NCBI GenBank assembly: GCA_041859375.1
Contig: JBHEKP010000150.1
Span: forward strand, 1-50,673
Source: Candidatus Hydrogenedentales bacterium
Lineage (GTDB): Bacteria > Hydrogenedentota > Hydrogenedentia > Hydrogenedentales > CAITNO01
DNA length: 50,673 nucleotides
Direction of reading: 5' to 3'
Positions 47,620-50,673 of this stretch are shown one piece after another (positions within the stretch are counted from its first letter, which is position 1; every line of letters begins with the position of its first letter). The position numbers were made by a program, and so were the translations under genes. The notes under the pieces were generated by a model, which was not told the origin of the DNA, ran no database searches, and saw only the letters and a list, made by a program, of their open reading frames with translations.

Positions 47620-48525
47620 ATGCGGCCCATGGAACCGGCAACACCCGAGATGCCCCCCTTTGAGTTTGCGAAAAGGGATTATCCCCTCGCCCCGGCGACG
47701 CTGTACAACATCGGCGGCCCGGCGCGGGTGGCGCTGCTGCCGCGCACCGCTTCGGAGGTGGAGCAGGCCTACCGGTGGATGATTGCCCAGCCGGGGCCGA
47801 AGCTGGTGCTGGGCGGCGGATCGAACGTGCTCATCGCCGACGGCGGCTTCGACGGGGTGGTCTTTTTCACCACCCACCTCACCGGGCTGGAGCCGCTGGG
47901 GGGGGGACGGTACCGCATCGGATCGGGCATTTCCCTGGGCAGGGTGGTGCGCGACATCATGCTGCCCGGCAATTACGCCGGGGTGGGCGCGCTTACGGGC
48001 ATTCCCGGTTCGGTGGGCGGCGCGATTTACATGAACGCGGGCACGGTGAACGGGAGCACCTGCGAATTCCTGGAGAGCGTGGATTTGATGGGGCCGGGGG
48101 GCCTGCGCTCCGAGGCGGTCACCCCGGAGCTGTACTCCTACCGGGGCCAGTCCTTCTGCGGCCTTTACGAGGTCATCCTCGGCGGAACCTTCCGCTTCAC
48201 CCCGTCGGGGGAGGACCAGCGCGCCGTCTACGACCATTACATGCGCCGCCGCCGCGAGAAGCAGCCCCAGGGCCTTTGCTGCGGCAGTGTGTTCAAGAAC
48301 CCCCCGAACGACCATGCGGGCCGCCTCATCGAGGCCTGCGGCCTCAAGGGCCTGCGCCGGGGCGGCGCGGTCATCAGCCCCATGCACGCCAATTTCATCA
48401 TGAACGAGGACAACGCCACCTTCGCCGACGTCCTCGGCCTCATCCAAGCCGCCCGCGACGCCGTCCGCGGGCGCTTCGGCGTCACCCTTGAGACCGAGGT
48501 CCGCATCATCGGCGGAGAGGTCTGA
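47620..48525 (+). CDS. murB: UDP-N-acetylenolpyruvoylglucosamine reductase
   Basis: FAD-binding domain pattern (YNIGGPARV, VLGGGSNVLIADGGFDG, GIPGSVGGAIYMNAG) and a C-terminal GSVFKNP...GGAVISPMHANFI. The start is uncertain (TTG 47611, ATG 47620 or 47629). Confidence 0.92.
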   Translation: MRPMEPATPEMPPFEFAKRDYPLAPATLYNIGGPARVALLPRTASEVEQAYRWMIAQPGPKLVLGGGSNVLIADGGFDGVVFFTTHLTGLEPLGGGRYRIGSGISLGRVVRDIMLPGNYAGVGALTGIPGSVGGAIYMNAGTVNGSTCEFLESVDLMGPGGLRSEAVTPELYSYRGQSFCGLYEVILGGTFRFTPSGEDQRAVYDHYMRRRREKQPQGLCCGSVFKNPPNDHAGRLIEACGLKGLRRGGAVISPMHANFIMNEDNATFADVLGLIQAARDAVRGRFGVTLETEVRIIGGEV

Positions 48526-48579
48526 CGGGAGGGATGTTTTGCTCATAAAGAGAGTAAAAAATGTCATGAGGAAGGGCCA

Positions 48580-48762
48580 ATGAACAGCAGCCGAGATCAA
48601 CTTCAACAGTGGTTGAACGAGCCCGAGGGGTCACATTTTGAATTTAAAGAAGCAAAAGGCGGTTACTCCTTTGACAAATTGGTGGATTATTGCATCGCAC
48701 TGGCGAATGGGGGGGGCGGCACACGGGCTTGTTTGGCCGCCTTGAGGACAATAGCCGCTTAG
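48580..48762 (+). pseudogene. 5' remnant of an AlbA_2/Schlafen-type putative DNA-binding (divergent AAA) protein gene
   Basis: EGSHFEFKEAKGGYSFDKLVDYCIALANGGGG matches the conserved N-terminus of this family. After a G8 run the reading frame degenerates and stops. The remainder is replaced by the Xre-ImmA module. Confidence 0.55.
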
Positions 48763-48780
48763 CATTAGCCAAAGGGGCGG

Positions 48781-48809
48781 TTGACAAAATACGTATTATA
48801 ATGCATAAT
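48781..48809 (+). promoter_or_regulatory. Near-consensus sigma70 promoter TTGACA-17-CATAAT
   Basis: Hexamers at 48781..48786 and 48804..48809. A GAGGAG RBS at 48817..48822 precedes ATG 48831. Confidence 0.65.
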
Positions 48810-48830
48810 GTCAACCGAGGAGACTGTGCC

Positions 48831-49895
48831 ATGATTGGAGAAAGAATTAAACAAGCAAGACGGATTGCCTGTCTTTCCTTGCGTGGACTTGGCGAAAAAG
48901 TTGGCGTCAGCCATCAAGCCATTGCCAAGTACGAGAGGGAAGAAGACATTCCCAGCTCCGGTGTGCTCTTGAAACTGAGCAACGCCTTGAACGTGGGCGT
49001 TGACTTTTTCTTGCAGCCCGTTGAGGTGTCGGTGTCTCAGCCGGAATTCCGAAAGCACTCCCGTTTGGGCAAGAAACAACAGGATTCAATCGTTGCCCGT
49101 GTGGAGGACTGGATCGCGCGAAGCATTGAAGTCAATAACCTGATAACGTTGGAAGAACGTGTCGATTTCCAGTTTCCAGCGAGTTTTCCGCGAAAGGTTT
49201 CCACGTTCGAGGAGGTTGAAAAGGCAGCCATTGCTGTCCGGGGTGCATGGGAACTGGGTCTTGACCCCATACAGAATCTGACGGAGGTCCTTGAAGAGCA
49301 CGGAATCCGTGTCGGCTCATTGGATGCCGAGACCCATTTTGACGCGTTGACTTTGTGGGCGAATGATGCGATTCCTGTCATCGTTGTTCGTGCAGGTATG
49401 CCGGGAGACCGCCAACGGCTTAGTCTGGCCCACGAATTGGGTCATATCCTCTTGAAACCAGCCCTAGACGATGAAAAAATGATGCAGTGCTTTGCGGGAG
49501 CTTTTTTGGTGCCCGCGCCCGTTGCCCGGATGGAATTGGGAAATATCCGAAGCAAGCTGGACCCAATTGAGCTTCACATGCTCAAGCACAAGTACGGCAT
49601 GAGCATGTCAGCGTGGGTTGTAAGGGCCAGACAGCTTGGCATAATCTCAGAATCCACTGCTCAAGGCCTATTCATAACGTTCAGCACGCAAGGATGGCGA
49701 GACAAAGAGCCGGGCGAAGTCTTTCCCCCCGAACAGCCGAAAAGGATGACCCGCCAAGTAATGCAACTCGTAACTGAAGAGGTCATTTCCGAGTCTCGGG
49801 CGAAGGAACTTCTAGGCCGTTCCCTGGACGATTTCAGAAAGGCATTCTCAAAGGAACACGATGGATTCCCCACGGGCAATCATAACAGACGCTAA
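48831..49895 (+). CDS. Xre-family HTH fused to an ImmA/IrrE (COG2856) zinc metallopeptidase domain
   Basis: MIGERIKQARRIACLSLRGLGEKVGVSHQAIAKYEREEDIPSSGVLLKLSNAL is a Cro/C1-type HTH. HELGHILL is the HExxH site of the ImmA/IrrE domain. Confidence 0.85.
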   Translation: MIGERIKQARRIACLSLRGLGEKVGVSHQAIAKYEREEDIPSSGVLLKLSNALNVGVDFFLQPVEVSVSQPEFRKHSRLGKKQQDSIVARVEDWIARSIEVNNLITLEERVDFQFPASFPRKVSTFEEVEKAAIAVRGAWELGLDPIQNLTEVLEEHGIRVGSLDAETHFDALTLWANDAIPVIVVRAGMPGDRQRLSLAHELGHILLKPALDDEKMMQCFAGAFLVPAPVARMELGNIRSKLDPIELHMLKHKYGMSMSAWVVRARQLGIISESTAQGLFITFSTQGWRDKEPGEVFPPEQPKRMTRQVMQLVTEEVISESRAKELLGRSLDDFRKAFSKEHDGFPTGNHNRR

Positions 49896-50364
49896 CATCT
49901 GGATTGACTTGAACCGGGGTGGAATAACTGCTGAAGCATTCAAGCTCGATCTCCTGTTCAAGACACCGGACCTTGTGGCGCATGAGATTCTCTCACCTTC
50001 AGCGGCTTCATTGAAGCGGTCGGGGTTGCACGTCGTTGAATTGCCGGGCACTCGTGTGCTGGAAATCATCCAGCTGGCCCGAAAGTATCCACGACCCTCA
50101 CGGCCAGACTTGTCCGCGCTGGTCCTTGCTGCCGCAGAAGAAGCCATCTTGCTGACGGGCGATAAAGCGCTTCGAGCCGCCGGAGAAGAGGAAGGGGTTG
50201 AGGTTCGAGGCCTGCTTTGGCTGTTGGACGAGATGGTGAAATCCCAGGTGTTGACAGGGGGCAAGGCGATTGCTGTACTTCAACAGATGCTTGAGAACGG
50301 AAGCCGACTTCCTCAGGCGGATTGTGACCGATGCATTCAGGCTTGGCGGGCAGCCAAACGATAG
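49861..50364 (+). CDS. PIN-like (DUF3368-type) putative nuclease / toxin
   Basis: N-terminal IITDANIWIDL and C-terminal DLSALVLAAAEEAILLTGDKALRAAGEEEGVEVRGLLWLLDEMV match the PIN-like DUF3368 layout. It overlaps the upstream gene by 35 nt. Confidence 0.6.
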   Translation: MDSPRAIITDANIWIDLNRGGITAEAFKLDLLFKTPDLVAHEILSPSAASLKRSGLHVVELPGTRVLEIIQLARKYPRPSRPDLSALVLAAAEEAILLTGDKALRAAGEEEGVEVRGLLWLLDEMVKSQVLTGGKAIAVLQQMLENGSRLPQADCDRCIQAWRAAKR

Positions 50365-50372
50365 GAAGCAAT

Positions 50373-50588
50373 TCAATTCGACATTGAAGCGGTTGCCCTG
50401 ACAACCCGCCTCGTCTGGTACTCATTCAGGTCCAGCATATTTCGCAGTTCCGCCTGGGTGGTTTCCGGCAGACGCCTCAATCTGAGGAACTGCCCAACCC
50501 GCCTCCAGCCGCGTATTTTGTGACGTTTGAGCAGTTCAAGCACGGCCAGCCAGGTCACCTTGTTTCCGCGGCTTCTAACCAGGGACAT
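50373..50588 (-). CDS. Small hypothetical ORF (possibly a gene fragment)
   Basis: Only an open frame of 71 aa in a mid-GC region. No recognisable motif and no clear RBS. Confidence 0.25.
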   Translation of the reverse strand: MSLVRSRGNKVTWLAVLELLKRHKIRGWRRVGQFLRLRRLPETTQAELRNMLDLNEYQTRRVVRATASMSN

Positions 50589-50673
50589 TATCTGCTAGCG
50601 TTTTTCTTTTGAGTAGATATCGGTCATTGTTGATGTGTCATGCGAATATTGACCTTTGAGTCGGGCTTCAAAG

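Overview
The window is a high-GC (~70% by hand counts on sample lines) bacterial chromosome segment. It probably comes from a PVC/Planctomycetota-like or related candidate-phylum lineage. That placement is inferred from an H-X9-DG/DUF1559-type pseudopilin, PEP-CTERM-like C-terminal anchors and giant Ig-repeat surface proteins.

Backbone genes, in order:
- SpoIIM-like and RDD membrane proteins
- a TIM-barrel sugar isomerase
- hldE
- a large secreted PQQ-propeller protein
- a cold-shock protein
- a radical-SAM/SPASM enzyme
- two paralogous loci for giant glycine-rich, Ig-repeat surface proteins (2452 aa; 356 + ~1707 aa)
- a CUT1-type ABC sugar-uptake operon with an embedded GNAT
- a C25 (gingipain-like) lipoprotein protease
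- an HTH-receiver regulator
- an alpha/beta hydrolase
- a metallophosphoesterase
- murB
- an Xre-ImmA/PIN toxin-antitoxin-like module next to a gene remnant

The most unusual feature is three sharply bounded AT-rich islands (~27-35% GC; about 1778-4716, 8402-12700 and 45174-47554).
- They encode mainly Sec-signal (secreted or membrane-anchored) proteins of unknown function.
- They carry no integrase or transposase.
- Two of them are bracketed by direct repeats that duplicate the end of a flanking host gene, so the host gene stays intact.

Other notable points:
- an Lgt-like domain fused to a prepilin-type pseudopilin
- an internal sorting-signal plus signal-peptide hairpin in the middle of the 2452-aa ORF
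- a terminator/antiterminator-like leader upstream of 27417

Many very long ORFs on the opposite strand of real genes are high-GC shadow ORFs and are rejected. All calls rest on reading the sequence and ORF translations by eye; no searches were run.
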